A stretch of DNA of 40,000 nucleotides. It comes from Vibrio phage pTD1. The notes below the pieces were generated by a model. It was not told the DNA's origin and made no database searches. It saw only the letters and a list, made by a program, of their open reading frames with translations. The DNA is taken from sequence record AP017972.1; one strand, 5' to 3'. Every line of letters starts with the position of its first letter. The stretch's first letter is position 1. Below are positions 9,337 to 19,090 of this stretch, piece by piece. The position numbers and the translations under genes were made by a program.

Positions 9337-10869
9337 TCAAACAATGTGGTGGAAGGAATTGATGTTCTTATGTGACTTAGATTTCACTGAGAACAACTCT
9401 TTCCGTTTCTGGTGGTACTCTTTCTGTTTAGGGATAGAAGTACACACAAAGTACACGAACTTCGGATCATCACCCGGATAGTTCTTCAATGGACGAGTAC
9501 GACCTAACATCTGGTCGTTACGTTGACGGGATGAACATGCATAAGGACTGAACGACACTGCCAAGTCTGGAATGTCTTTACCGGTACCACAAGACTGCGG
9601 CGTAGTAAACACGACTTGGTGTTCCATGTAGGACATTTCAGTCTCTTTGTTCTTAGACTCGGCGTTGGTGAACTTCCAGATATCCATGTCTGGATATGCT
9701 TTCTCGAAGTCCTCTTTCATCCGAGTTGCCATTTCCACCGTACTAAAGAACCACAAACACTTCTGCCCTTCTTTGTGATCGTTCACGTAGAATTCTTCGA
9801 AGGCTTGCTTACACAACTCTAAGTATTGCAGGTAGAGTTTCGGGGTCTTCATTATGGCTTGTTCGTACTTGACGTGGGAATACCCACCAAAACCTTTGGT
9901 GTTGATTCGGTATTTCTGCATATCGATGTAGTGATGATACGCAATAACGTCAATGTACTTTTTGTACTCTGGCTCTTTGAGACGCATATTGTACGGATAG
10001 ACATAACGATAAATGTCATTCACGAACGGGTCATCTGCTTTTAAGGTAGCGGACAACGCAATGGTTTTCTCAAAGTTACCGAACAGCATGGACATGTACA
10101 CACGATAAATATCTTCGTGTGCTTCATCCATAATACGGAATCCAATCTCCATGTCGGTAAAGACTTCATCCAAACAAGGGATGTCTTCTTCACGTTCTCG
10201 CTTCAGATACGTATCATAACGAGTAAGAGGAAGGATGATGATCTTAGGGTCAGCTCGACCAGACTTAATGGTCTCTGCGGCTTCTTCGATCTTACCATTC
10301 CCCACCAACATGATGTCTTCTGGATTCAGTTCAATAGACGCACCAAGTGATTCGAACCAAATAGAGGTGTAACGAGGCAAGCACGTGATCAGCGTACGCT
10401 TACCAGTATTCACCATGGTGTGGGTCGCCATAAATGACTTACCATCACCCGTTTGGGCGTTGTTTACTTTAACCGCACCTTCTTGCAATTGGTATTCACA
10501 CCAATCAACCTGATGCGGTCTAGGTTCACCCCAACCCTCTTTCCACTTGAACTCTACGTCCTTCCCTTTAATGACCGGTTCATCTTTAATCTTCACACGT
10601 GCTTCTTTATAGCCCACCCCTTCCATAAACTGGATGAAGTCGTCTAACAAGCCCGCTGAGATACGGAATTCACTTCGGTCGTTATTCATGCGAGCAAAAG
10701 AATGCGTGACTACGGTTCGTTTCTGTCGAGTACCGGGAATAGGTACCTTTCCTAAACGATACAAGCGACGTCGGCAAAACGGCATAATGACATCTTGCAC
10801 GAACGGCGCTTTGTAGTCTGTTATTCTTAGGTAAGTCCCGCCCTTCCATACCGTTACGGTTGAGCGCAT
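9337..10869 (-). CDS. SF2 (DEAD/H-type, UvsW-like) helicase
   Basis: Walker A-like NAQTGDGKSFMA, Walker B-like IMDEAHED, motif III-like SATL, motif VI-like QMLGRTRP. Confidence 0.85.
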   Translation of the reverse strand: MRSTVTVWKGGTYLRITDYKAPFVQDVIMPFCRRRLYRLGKVPIPGTRQKRTVVTHSFARMNNDRSEFRISAGLLDDFIQFMEGVGYKEARVKIKDEPVIKGKDVEFKWKEGWGEPRPHQVDWCEYQLQEGAVKVNNAQTGDGKSFMATHTMVNTGKRTLITCLPRYTSIWFESLGASIELNPEDIMLVGNGKIEEAAETIKSGRADPKIIILPLTRYDTYLKREREEDIPCLDEVFTDMEIGFRIMDEAHEDIYRVYMSMLFGNFEKTIALSATLKADDPFVNDIYRYVYPYNMRLKEPEYKKYIDVIAYHHYIDMQKYRINTKGFGGYSHVKYEQAIMKTPKLYLQYLELCKQAFEEFYVNDHKEGQKCLWFFSTVEMATRMKEDFEKAYPDMDIWKFTNAESKNKETEMSYMEHQVVFTTPQSCGTGKDIPDLAVSFSPYACSSRQRNDQMLGRTRPLKNYPGDDPKFVYFVCTSIPKQKEYHQKRKELFSVKSKSHKNINSFHHIV

Positions 10870-10877
10870 GTTGCCTC

Positions 10878-12863
10878 CTAATTAACAGAGTTGGTAAAGA
10901 AACACTCCATTGCCGTGGCTTGACGCTCTTTCACATAAAACGTAGAAGGTGCTTCGATGACTTTAGGTTGTCCTTGGTAAATCATCAAACTACCAAACCC
11001 TCGGTTCTCAATCGCATTCTTAAATGGGATGAAGTACCGGGGCTCGTCCCCCACAGGCAATCTATACAATCCCTCGGTTGGAGCGACTGCGGTGGTTGCA
11101 TGGAGCAGCGTTTCGATGTGGATCATGTTGATGTTTTTGAACTTACGGTCAATCAACATCCAAAAGTCCACCATCACTTGACCAAAGAACTCAGGGGTCA
11201 CCTGAGTATCACGCCACGCTTTGTTACGACGAGACAACGCTAGGAAAGATTCGATTTCACTGCGGTATTTGTCCAAGTCCTCATAAACGTAAGGTAACGT
11301 TAACAAAGCTTCTGTTGGATCAAAATCAGTGATGTCGATTTCCAGATACTTCTTAGTTTTATCCCACCCTTTCTTAATAGCGTATTCAATAAACGCTGGT
11401 GACATACGAGCTTGACGAGAACTCACTTGGGTGTCTAAGTGCACGGTGGTCTGTGTCTTAGTTCCCGGAAGCATAGGGTCTTCCATTTCGTAAGTTAACG
11501 TCAACGTTGGGAAACAGGTTAACTGGTCGTCTTGGATTTCATCTAGGTTCTCCATTGAACGCAAGTCAGTTAATTCGTTGATCATAGTGACTGGCAGTTG
11601 GATGCGAGTACTTGCTTTAATCAACTCTGGTTTCAAGAAAATGTTATCGCCATCGGTGGTGATGTATTCCTCATCCCCAGTCATGACCATAAACGGTACG
11701 GCTTGCACGTGACGCATGAAGTGTTTCGTGGACAACATGCCCTGACCAATCGGTTCGGCTACCGCTGTGCCGCTGATCATCCCCGGGTTAGCCGACTTAC
11801 GCATGATAACGTTGTACGGGACCGACATACGCATCTGACCATAACAAACCGCACAAGGTGCTTTCTCGTTACGACAGAACTGCATAGAACGGATACGAAT
11901 GGTTTCTCCTACTTTAAGTTCCTTTAATCGTTCTCTGGTCAATAGCTTTAATTGATCATCTTCGCCTTTGTAATATTTACCGGCTAAAGAGTTAATCAAC
12001 GCTTTTGACTTTAACACGATAGGTACTAAAGTGTCCGTCCCACAATCATGGTAATGGTCAATGTCCTTAATAGGAGACGCGGTTAAGTGCACCTTACGGT
12101 GGAACCATTCCGAGTCTTCCAACGCCTTACCATTCGATACCAAGGCTTTACCAGCTGAACGGGATTCCGCTAGGATGTCCGCTAAGTTAGTAATGCCTTC
12201 GGCAAACGATGGTTCAATCGGGTTTGGCATGATTCGGTTGTTCAAGTCGAAACACGCACCACGAGAGATGAACGTTTGGAAACCTTGGTTAATGGACACC
12301 GCACCTGTACGAGCTTGCATGATGAACGTAGAGAAATCCAAGGAGGTTTCGTGGATAACCGTTTGTTTGAATTCTTCTTCCGCCTCATCGTAGTTGATCT
12401 CACGCTTTCTTAAACGTTCGCGGATGTCAGCTATCTTAGGATGGTTAAAGACTTCCATAACGTCTTCTGCGGTAGCAGAGATAACCCCGGGAGACCCGAG
12501 GTATACCAAGATGTTATTAATCTTAAAGTGCCAGATGTAAACGATTTGTTTGATTAAGTCCGCTTCCACGGGATCGTTCACATGCTCCATTAAGATGTCT
12601 AACATGTACTGCAATGGACGTTGTAACGTGGCATCGTTATAGACCTTACAATGAATCACCTCTTTAGTGGAGTAAGGGATGCCGAGATGTTCATAACGAC
12701 GGTGAAGTTCTAAACCGTACCATGTCATGATCAGGTCGTAGGTGTTACTGACTATGTCATCACCTTCATCCCCCACCACTTTCACTTTGATCAGATCTTT
12801 CCGCCACCCGATAACTTGATGTTCAGATAAGTTAGCGAATTCACGCAGAGTAATCGTTTTCAT
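10878..12863 (-). CDS. RNA polymerase beta' subunit, C-terminal part (copy 2)
   Basis: IRIRSMQFCRNEKAPCAVCYGQMRM...GMISGTAVAEPIGQGMLSTKHFMRH matches the beta' C..CYG...[25 protein letters not shown] region. Confidence 0.85.
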   Translation of the reverse strand: MKTITLREFANLSEHQVIGWRKDLIKVKVVGDEGDDIVSNTYDLIMTWYGLELHRRYEHLGIPYSTKEVIHCKVYNDATLQRPLQYMLDILMEHVNDPVEADLIKQIVYIWHFKINNILVYLGSPGVISATAEDVMEVFNHPKIADIRERLRKREINYDEAEEEFKQTVIHETSLDFSTFIMQARTGAVSINQGFQTFISRGACFDLNNRIMPNPIEPSFAEGITNLADILAESRSAGKALVSNGKALEDSEWFHRKVHLTASPIKDIDHYHDCGTDTLVPIVLKSKALINSLAGKYYKGEDDQLKLLTRERLKELKVGETIRIRSMQFCRNEKAPCAVCYGQMRMSVPYNVIMRKSANPGMISGTAVAEPIGQGMLSTKHFMRHVQAVPFMVMTGDEEYITTDGDNIFLKPELIKASTRIQLPVTMINELTDLRSMENLDEIQDDQLTCFPTLTLTYEMEDPMLPGTKTQTTVHLDTQVSSRQARMSPAFIEYAIKKGWDKTKKYLEIDITDFDPTEALLTLPYVYEDLDKYRSEIESFLALSRRNKAWRDTQVTPEFFGQVMVDFWMLIDRKFKNINMIHIETLLHATTAVAPTEGLYRLPVGDEPRYFIPFKNAIENRGFGSLMIYQGQPKVIEAPSTFYVKERQATAMECFFTNSVN

Positions 12864-14943
12864 TTTCAGTCCTTAATTCATAGCCAGCGTCAGTTAACAT
12901 GTTCATGCTCAGTTGCAATGCACGGTTGGTGTGGTATTCAGATTTCTTAATGACTTCTGGTACCGCAAATGGATCATCGCTACGGATAATGCGTTTGATA
13001 GCCATTCGTGCTGCTTCTGGTGAGTTGGCTAAGGTTAACATACGAGCCGTTTCTTCCCCACCCTCATGGGATACTGCGATACGGCCTTCGGTTTCACCTG
13101 TGTTACGGTCTACTTTACTACGGTAGTACTTGTTGTATTTGTCGTTAGCATTAAGTTTCGCCGGTAACCCGTAAAGGTTACGTTTCGGGAATGACTCTGA
13201 TGACATCTCCGTACCAAACTTATCCAACAACAAGTAGTACATGGAACTGATCAATACCGGTTCCAATGTCTTTTCACGTTCTCCCAATTCGTTGGTGTAA
13301 GTCACTCGTGTTGGTTTCAGATGTCCATATTGTTCAGACAGTCGACGAATCACTTCCACACCCACAATACAAGAATCACTACGACGCTGTATTGAGATCA
13401 TACCTTCTTTCTTAATGTAGTCGATGTGTTCGAACAAGAAGTTCTCATCGGCAGAAGCCACATTTTTCACAATGTCGTGGAACTCTGGTGACACGGTATC
13501 GTAGAACTTAAGCAGGACTTTAAACGCCCCACGGTAATCCCCAGATTCACGCATTGCCATTACTTCATCAAAGATGTTTAAGTTGATGAAGTTGATCGAC
13601 GCTTCCATAAGTGACGCGTAGATTTGACGACGGAATGCCGGTGTGTTGTTCACGATGATTTCTGGCATGCGACCGTATTCATCCACTGGAGCATCTTCTT
13701 TCTTAAAGACCTTAACGATAACCCCTTTACCACCCACACAGTCTGACATCTTAAAGCGGACTTTACCAGCCACGTCTTCTTTCAACGTTACTTTCACGTT
13801 CCAGTCCAACATCGACTTGTTACGGTGAGTACGTTTAGTGAAGTTAGGTTTGTTGAGCGCGTAGTCTTTAGTGACGTTACCGAACGCTTGATAAATGAAC
13901 GCGTTTAGTTCACTGGTGAACGGAAGCGTTTCGTGTTTACCATAACGTTTGGTTTGTTGGTAGTACCAAGACTTCAACGAGTACCACATGTTGTTGTCTT
14001 CGATTTCGTACTGTTCCAATAACTTAGTGTGCGGATAACTAGGTTTCTCTACACGACGGTTATTAGAACGGTCCTTAAGACGCTCTGAGCGCACTTCGAT
14101 GTTCTTTACTATAGAACCCGGAGGAGCGTAGAACTTAATGTCATAGAGACGGTCAGGGCGCATAAGCGCTTTCTTAGTTAATGACACTAAAGCAGAGTGA
14201 GTATCACGTCGACGGAACGCCATCACCAAACCATCGTCACGAACACGCTCACCATTCTCAGGGAAGGCTTTCGGATTATCCAATGTACCATATAGGTTAA
14301 CTGGAATGTATTCCGCTTCGTTCCAACTGAACTTACGAATGTGTTCGAACATCACCATGAGACGGTCTAGGTAATCGTCACGCACCATAATACCATCTTC
14401 TTCGGTTGCAGGCAGGGTCATACCCGCTACCATGGTCTCAAGACCGAACTTCCATTCTCCGGTGTCACTGATGCCCGGTGATTTAGCAAACAACTCACCT
14501 TTAGCGTAAGTCGCACCTTTACGGAGACGGTTCAACATTTCCTTTTCATAAACGTACTCAAAACCCACGTAGAAGTTATGGGTATGATACTTAGGCAAGT
14601 GCAGTACGTCGTAACGTTGCATGTCAGCGTCAAAGTACACTACGTGGATGGTTCCCCAGTCATCAGTATGGGCTTCGTTAGAGTTGATGGATTTACGATA
14701 CACCACCAATTCAACTTCCATATTACATGGGGCTACGATTTTACGGGCATGGTCACCGTATTGACGTTCAAAACCAGAGGTGATTCGGCGGTTAGTGATA
14801 CCTTTAGCACGACATGATTTAGAGATCATGTTACCCGCCATGTACTTACGGGCAGCAGCTACGTTGTGTGGCGAAACGCTGAGGTTGATACCCACACTGC
14901 ACACTTCCGGCAAGATTTGGTTTTCAATTTTATAGATTTCCAT
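12841..14943 (-). CDS. RNA polymerase beta subunit, C-terminal part
   Basis: VTLKEDVAGKVRFKMSDCVGGKGVIVKVFKKEDAPVDEYGRMPEIIVNNTPAFRRQIYASLMEA resembles RpoB GDKxxxRHGNKGVIxxIxPxEDMPyxxDGxPVDIVLNPLGVPSRMNxGQxxE. Confidence 0.85.
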   Translation of the reverse strand: MEIYKIENQILPEVCSVGINLSVSPHNVAAARKYMAGNMISKSCRAKGITNRRITSGFERQYGDHARKIVAPCNMEVELVVYRKSINSNEAHTDDWGTIHVVYFDADMQRYDVLHLPKYHTHNFYVGFEYVYEKEMLNRLRKGATYAKGELFAKSPGISDTGEWKFGLETMVAGMTLPATEEDGIMVRDDYLDRLMVMFEHIRKFSWNEAEYIPVNLYGTLDNPKAFPENGERVRDDGLVMAFRRRDTHSALVSLTKKALMRPDRLYDIKFYAPPGSIVKNIEVRSERLKDRSNNRRVEKPSYPHTKLLEQYEIEDNNMWYSLKSWYYQQTKRYGKHETLPFTSELNAFIYQAFGNVTKDYALNKPNFTKRTHRNKSMLDWNVKVTLKEDVAGKVRFKMSDCVGGKGVIVKVFKKEDAPVDEYGRMPEIIVNNTPAFRRQIYASLMEASINFINLNIFDEVMAMRESGDYRGAFKVLLKFYDTVSPEFHDIVKNVASADENFLFEHIDYIKKEGMISIQRRSDSCIVGVEVIRRLSEQYGHLKPTRVTYTNELGEREKTLEPVLISSMYYLLLDKFGTEMSSESFPKRNLYGLPAKLNANDKYNKYYRSKVDRNTGETEGRIAVSHEGGEETARMLTLANSPEAARMAIKRIIRSDDPFAVPEVIKKSEYHTNRALQLSMNMLTDAGYELRTENENDYSA

Positions 14944-14975
14944 TTGGACTACCCTTAGATATTTTAGGTTGGTTC

Positions 14976-15003
14976 ACACCCTGATAATATAGGTTTGAAA
15001 AGG
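14976..15003 (-). promoter_or_regulatory. Promoter-like repeated element upstream of the beta C-terminal gene
   Basis: Plus strand ACACCCTGATAATATAGGTTTGAAAAGG, similar to elements at 1619, 20685, 25138 and 30204. Confidence 0.45.
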
Positions 15004-15012
15004 TATAGGAAA

Positions 15013-15339
15013 ATGGCTATAGATCTCCCCCCACCCATGGATCATTTCTTTACAGAAGAATACCGAGTCATGGTACGCTCTAACAAAGAATATTTAGTTT
15101 CGGTTGCTGGTAGTTACCCGATTACGGACATCAGTTTCCAGCACGCTCATCGATATGACTTCTATCGCTTAATTTTGGAATCGTTCAATGTTCCTCAACA
15201 CATGCATTGGACTATTGCTTTCTTAAACGACATAGAAAACCCTAGCCAATACGTAGGTGATATGAAAGAAGTCCTAATAATCGACACGGCAGTTATTAAT
15301 AAATTGATTCAGCGCAGTAACTTGGTTCGACAAAAATAA
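15013..15339 (+). CDS. Small hypothetical protein on the opposite strand
   Basis: Open frame between minus-strand genes; start MAIDLPPPMD after aaaggtatagg. Confidence 0.55.
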   Translation: MAIDLPPPMDHFFTEEYRVMVRSNKEYLVSVAGSYPITDISFQHAHRYDFYRLILESFNVPQHMHWTIAFLNDIENPSQYVGDMKEVLIIDTAVINKLIQRSNLVRQK

Positions 15340-15354
15340 AACTAATATGAGATG

Positions 15355-15377
15355 CCTACCCCCGGTAAGGGGGTAGG
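15355..15377. terminator. Bidirectional terminator-like hairpin
   Basis: CCTACCCCC-ggtaa-GGGGGTAGG between convergent genes. Confidence 0.65.
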
Positions 15378-15384
15378 TGTCTAT

Positions 15385-16005
15385 TTAAGGTAACATGGTT
15401 TCAAGATCTAAGTCGAAGGTAATGAACTCCGGCTCTAGAGAAGTGTTGAGACCAATGCGTGGATAGAAACGGAATGACGTTTCTTTATCTTCAATCCATT
15501 TCTCAACGATGTGCGCCAGTGGACCGTGTGGAACAAAGTCAACACGAAGTCCTTGACTGGTCAAACGAATTTCCAGTATCTTGGCACCGATGAGGTTTTC
15601 ATCCACATTAAAGTAGTTACGAATCATGTCCCCGTAACCCTTAATGCCTTTCTTAGTTTGTTCGTAGTAGATGTAGTCGATAGGTGGGATGTAACCCAAA
15701 GAGGCAAGGAACTCACCATCGGCTAACGTACGCTTAACGCTTTCTACGATGTCTTTGGCACGCACACCTGCTCGGTCCATTTCACTCACGGTTGCTGCCA
15801 TAATCGAATAAGCGGCGTTTGGTTGGTCTGGGTCCAGTGGAGTAGGACGATAGCCCGGATTGCGTTTGATCGCCACAGGTGGGTTTTCTTCGTAGAACTT
15901 ATCCCAATCGAATGGGTCGTGGATAGCCAATTCTTTCAAATAAACTTCCACTTCGGCTTCGCTAAGATTACGGATTTCTTCACCCGTCAGTTTCTTAAAT
16001 GCCAT
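15385..16005 (-). CDS. Hypothetical protein
   Basis: 206-aa ORF. Confidence 0.75.
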   Translation of the reverse strand: MAFKKLTGEEIRNLSEAEVEVYLKELAIHDPFDWDKFYEENPPVAIKRNPGYRPTPLDPDQPNAAYSIMAATVSEMDRAGVRAKDIVESVKRTLADGEFLASLGYIPPIDYIYYEQTKKGIKGYGDMIRNYFNVDENLIGAKILEIRLTSQGLRVDFVPHGPLAHIVEKWIEDKETSFRFYPRIGLNTSLEPEFITFDLDLETMLP

Positions 16006-16028
16006 GATAAAATCTCCAAAAGTTAAAT

Positions 16029-16047
16029 AAAGTGCCGTCCCCTTTCG
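16029..16047 (-). terminator. Likely intrinsic terminator
   Basis: Minus strand CGTCCTC-GAAA-GGGGACG then GCACTTTATTT. Confidence 0.5.
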
Positions 16048-16062
16048 AGGACGACCATTTAC

Positions 16063-17478
16063 TTATGACCAAGTGGTCGGGGTTTCAGTTGTTGGGTGGT
16101 ATGTGTTCGCGCTGCTAACTTGATCAGCGTAAGTTGGTTGACCCATGATCGCTGGATTCATAGTGCCTGCCAACATTGCTGCCATTTGCATTTGGTTCAT
16201 GTTGTAACCGTAAGGGTTAGCGCCCGCCATACCCATACCCGCCATCATGGTAGATTCACGGCTTAAGAAGTTACCTTGACGAGAGTAACGGATTTGTACC
16301 GGACCTTGCATGGTCTGAACTGAGTGGATGAAGTGACCAGACATTGGGTCTTGAGTAACACCAATCCAAGTTTCACCCGGTTGTAGACCTGCTTTTACTT
16401 CGTTAACAAAACCGTTCGCCGCATTCGTTGCAGCATCCAGTCCACCTGTTGTGGTGGTTTGAACACTGGTAGGGCCGACGTTCGGTGTGATGTGAGACGT
16501 TTGGTTCATTAGGCTACCAACCATTTGGTGAGTCTGAACTTCGGTCTTCACTTCGTTGTTTGAAGATTGAGAGTTGTACGGCATTGGTGGAACCTGTTTG
16601 TAGATCACATCAATGTCTTCCAACATAGTAGAGTACGACGTATCGATCTCGTAAACACCCACTTTATCAAATTCCGCACGGAATGTGTTTTGCAGGTTGT
16701 TCATGTCACTGATCATTGACGTGTACGTGTTCACAAATACCGAGAAACGAGCCGCTTCTGCTGATACTTGTTCTTGTTCATACGCCAATGGATCTTCCAC
16801 ACCCGGAAGTACGAAACGGAAGATTTCTTCAGCTACCACCAATGCACCACGAGTAAATTCTTTACCCAGCAGTTTCACAGGACGGTTGTTTGCTTCACCT
16901 TCGGTACGAGTCAAACGACGAACCAGTTCGTTGTAGAACGGGAAGATAGGTTTACAGCTGTAGTAAATCTTATCGCCTGTCAGCTTACTACGACCGCCAC
17001 GTTTAACATCGAAATGCACAAAACGACGGTCTACTGTATCATCCGCTTCCATCTCCACGTTCATGTGGTCGAAGATTTGGATGACTTCTTTACGTTGGTT
17101 GGTCTTAGCCGTTTTAATGACTTCGATGCGTTCTAGCAAGTCATTACGCAAGCCGCGTTTGGCTTTCTTATTCGCCACATCAAACAGCACAGGTGCAAAC
17201 TTCTTAAAGTGAGTCAGAATTTGAAGACCTGCCATTTTACGGATGATGCGGAAGATTTCAGTTTCTTTAGAGATGATAGACTCACACGCAGGGTGGAAGA
17301 ATACTTTCTCAGTAGTGTCTGATTCCAACGCAGAGGTAAACGGTAGGTAAACGTCCATGTCATCCAAACGGATTGGGTAACGGTTACCATCCAGTTCCAA
17401 GTAAAGCTTGCCGTCTTCATCGTGGCCGGCATTCCATGTACGTGTAATTGCAACGTACAGTTTATTCAGTTCATTCAT
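16063..17478 (-). CDS. Hypothetical protein with Met/Gly/Asn-rich C-terminus, possibly virion-associated
   Basis: 471-aa ORF; C-terminal GMAGANPYGYNMNQMQMAAMLAGTMNP low-complexity region. Confidence 0.7.
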   Translation of the reverse strand: MNELNKLYVAITRTWNAGHDEDGKLYLELDGNRYPIRLDDMDVYLPFTSALESDTTEKVFFHPACESIISKETEIFRIIRKMAGLQILTHFKKFAPVLFDVANKKAKRGLRNDLLERIEVIKTAKTNQRKEVIQIFDHMNVEMEADDTVDRRFVHFDVKRGGRSKLTGDKIYYSCKPIFPFYNELVRRLTRTEGEANNRPVKLLGKEFTRGALVVAEEIFRFVLPGVEDPLAYEQEQVSAEAARFSVFVNTYTSMISDMNNLQNTFRAEFDKVGVYEIDTSYSTMLEDIDVIYKQVPPMPYNSQSSNNEVKTEVQTHQMVGSLMNQTSHITPNVGPTSVQTTTTGGLDAATNAANGFVNEVKAGLQPGETWIGVTQDPMSGHFIHSVQTMQGPVQIRYSRQGNFLSRESTMMAGMGMAGANPYGYNMNQMQMAAMLAGTMNPAIMGQPTYADQVSSANTYHPTTETPTTWS

Positions 17479-17570
17479 CAGGAAATTTCCTTAAAGTTAT
17501 ATTGATCAATGTTGGTGGGTGGAAGTCGTGGTCTTAGAGCGCGCTTTCTTTAACCACGACCAAAGAGTGT

Positions 17571-19037
17571 TTAGAAGTTCATGTAATCGACTAGGTTCGA
17601 GTAGAAGCCCGATACCGACTGTCCCAAACCTTGGGTAGTTACCAATGTAGGGTCGAAACGGTTACCTGCCATAGTACCAAACACTTCAGTATGGATACTG
17701 TTCTCGTTACCAGATAGGAAAACCTTAACTTCGGTTTCACCAAATAGTGACGCGTTGATTTCCAAATCGACAATAGTACGCTCATGGATGAGTGCAGAGT
17801 TGTATTTGATGTAGAAGTTACTTAGGAAAGCTTCCACACCAGCTACCACGTTGTATTGCCAATCTGGGTCTTTAGATGCGATAGGAGCCGATTCACCAAG
17901 TTGGTAAATCACCGGAAGACCGTTTACGTTAATTTGACCCATGCCATCATTCACGTTGTTACTTGCACGAATGTGGAAGTAAGACAGACGGAAATCGTTC
18001 ATCATCGCATTTGACAGGTTGTTAAGCTCAGAACAAATGAGGGTCTCGTAAGTAGAACCATTCATTTGGTTCGTACTGTAACGGTGGTCGATTACGTTGA
18101 ATGAATCGGTGTCTGTCAACGTAACGTTAGTTACTTGACCGAAGTTTTCAAACACCGTTGCAATTTCGCCAAGAGTGAAACCATCGAAGTTAGTCATTTG
18201 AACATAGCCCAAAGTACGACGCATGACTTTGATGAACGGGTTTTGTTCTAACGAAATTTCTTTGATGTTGTTCGCACCGGTCGCTGAACAGATAGCTGAG
18301 TATCGGTCACCAGTGTATTCACGTTCGAACGATGCCGTAGTTGCTGCGGTAAGAATGGTCTCAGCGTAATCTACTGTAGAGTTGTTGGCTGACTTAGAGA
18401 TGTTCATACCGATGTTAGACAACAAACCAGAAGTCGTACCACCGAATCCATCCAGAGCACCGCCCGGCATGTCTTCGTTATCAAACGCTGCAAGCGCTGA
18501 TGCAGAGTTCACCACATCCATAGGACGGACGGTATGCAGACCTTGAATGCTGTTGTCGTTCAACAAGAAGTTACCGGCTTGGTTTAGACGACGTGTTTCA
18601 ACTGGGAAGCCTGCACCATTCAAAGAAGCTTGGGTTTCCATCAACCACATCTTAACTGGGACGAACTTAATGTCCGGCGGAAGTTGTCCACCTGCCATGG
18701 TTACCGAACCACCGTGCAGGTAACCGTATACCGTTAGGGTTTGCGATTGAACTGGAGAAGCACCTGTGATTTCAAATTCCAAAGTAGCCAGACCGCGAGA
18801 GGTAGCCCAACCATCTTCGATGTAAGCGTTACCGCCAGATTGAGTTGCAACACCACCTGAGCGAGCTGCGATGGTGTGCATTTCTACCGGTGCCACTTTA
18901 CTTGTAGAACCAAGACGAGCTGCTAAGAGTTCGTTCATGTCAGTCGCATCTACGTTTACGGCATGTGCACGTAATTGGTGATCTTGGTACGAGTTAGATA
19001 GACCAATAACAGATTGCGTTAGTGTAAGAGTTGCCAT
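17571..19037 (-). CDS. Probable phage structural protein (identity unresolved)
   Basis: 488-aa Gly/Asn/Thr-rich, beta-type composition; strong RBS aaaaaggaac. Composition-based inference only. Confidence 0.55.
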   Translation of the reverse strand: MATLTLTQSVIGLSNSYQDHQLRAHAVNVDATDMNELLAARLGSTSKVAPVEMHTIAARSGGVATQSGGNAYIEDGWATSRGLATLEFEITGASPVQSQTLTVYGYLHGGSVTMAGGQLPPDIKFVPVKMWLMETQASLNGAGFPVETRRLNQAGNFLLNDNSIQGLHTVRPMDVVNSASALAAFDNEDMPGGALDGFGGTTSGLLSNIGMNISKSANNSTVDYAETILTAATTASFEREYTGDRYSAICSATGANNIKEISLEQNPFIKVMRRTLGYVQMTNFDGFTLGEIATVFENFGQVTNVTLTDTDSFNVIDHRYSTNQMNGSTYETLICSELNNLSNAMMNDFRLSYFHIRASNNVNDGMGQINVNGLPVIYQLGESAPIASKDPDWQYNVVAGVEAFLSNFYIKYNSALIHERTIVDLEINASLFGETEVKVFLSGNENSIHTEVFGTMAGNRFDPTLVTTQGLGQSVSGFYSNLVDYMNF

Positions 19038-19090
19038 GGTTATGTTCCTTTTTTTGATTCGTTTATAGTAAACGTTTGATAATAGATAAA

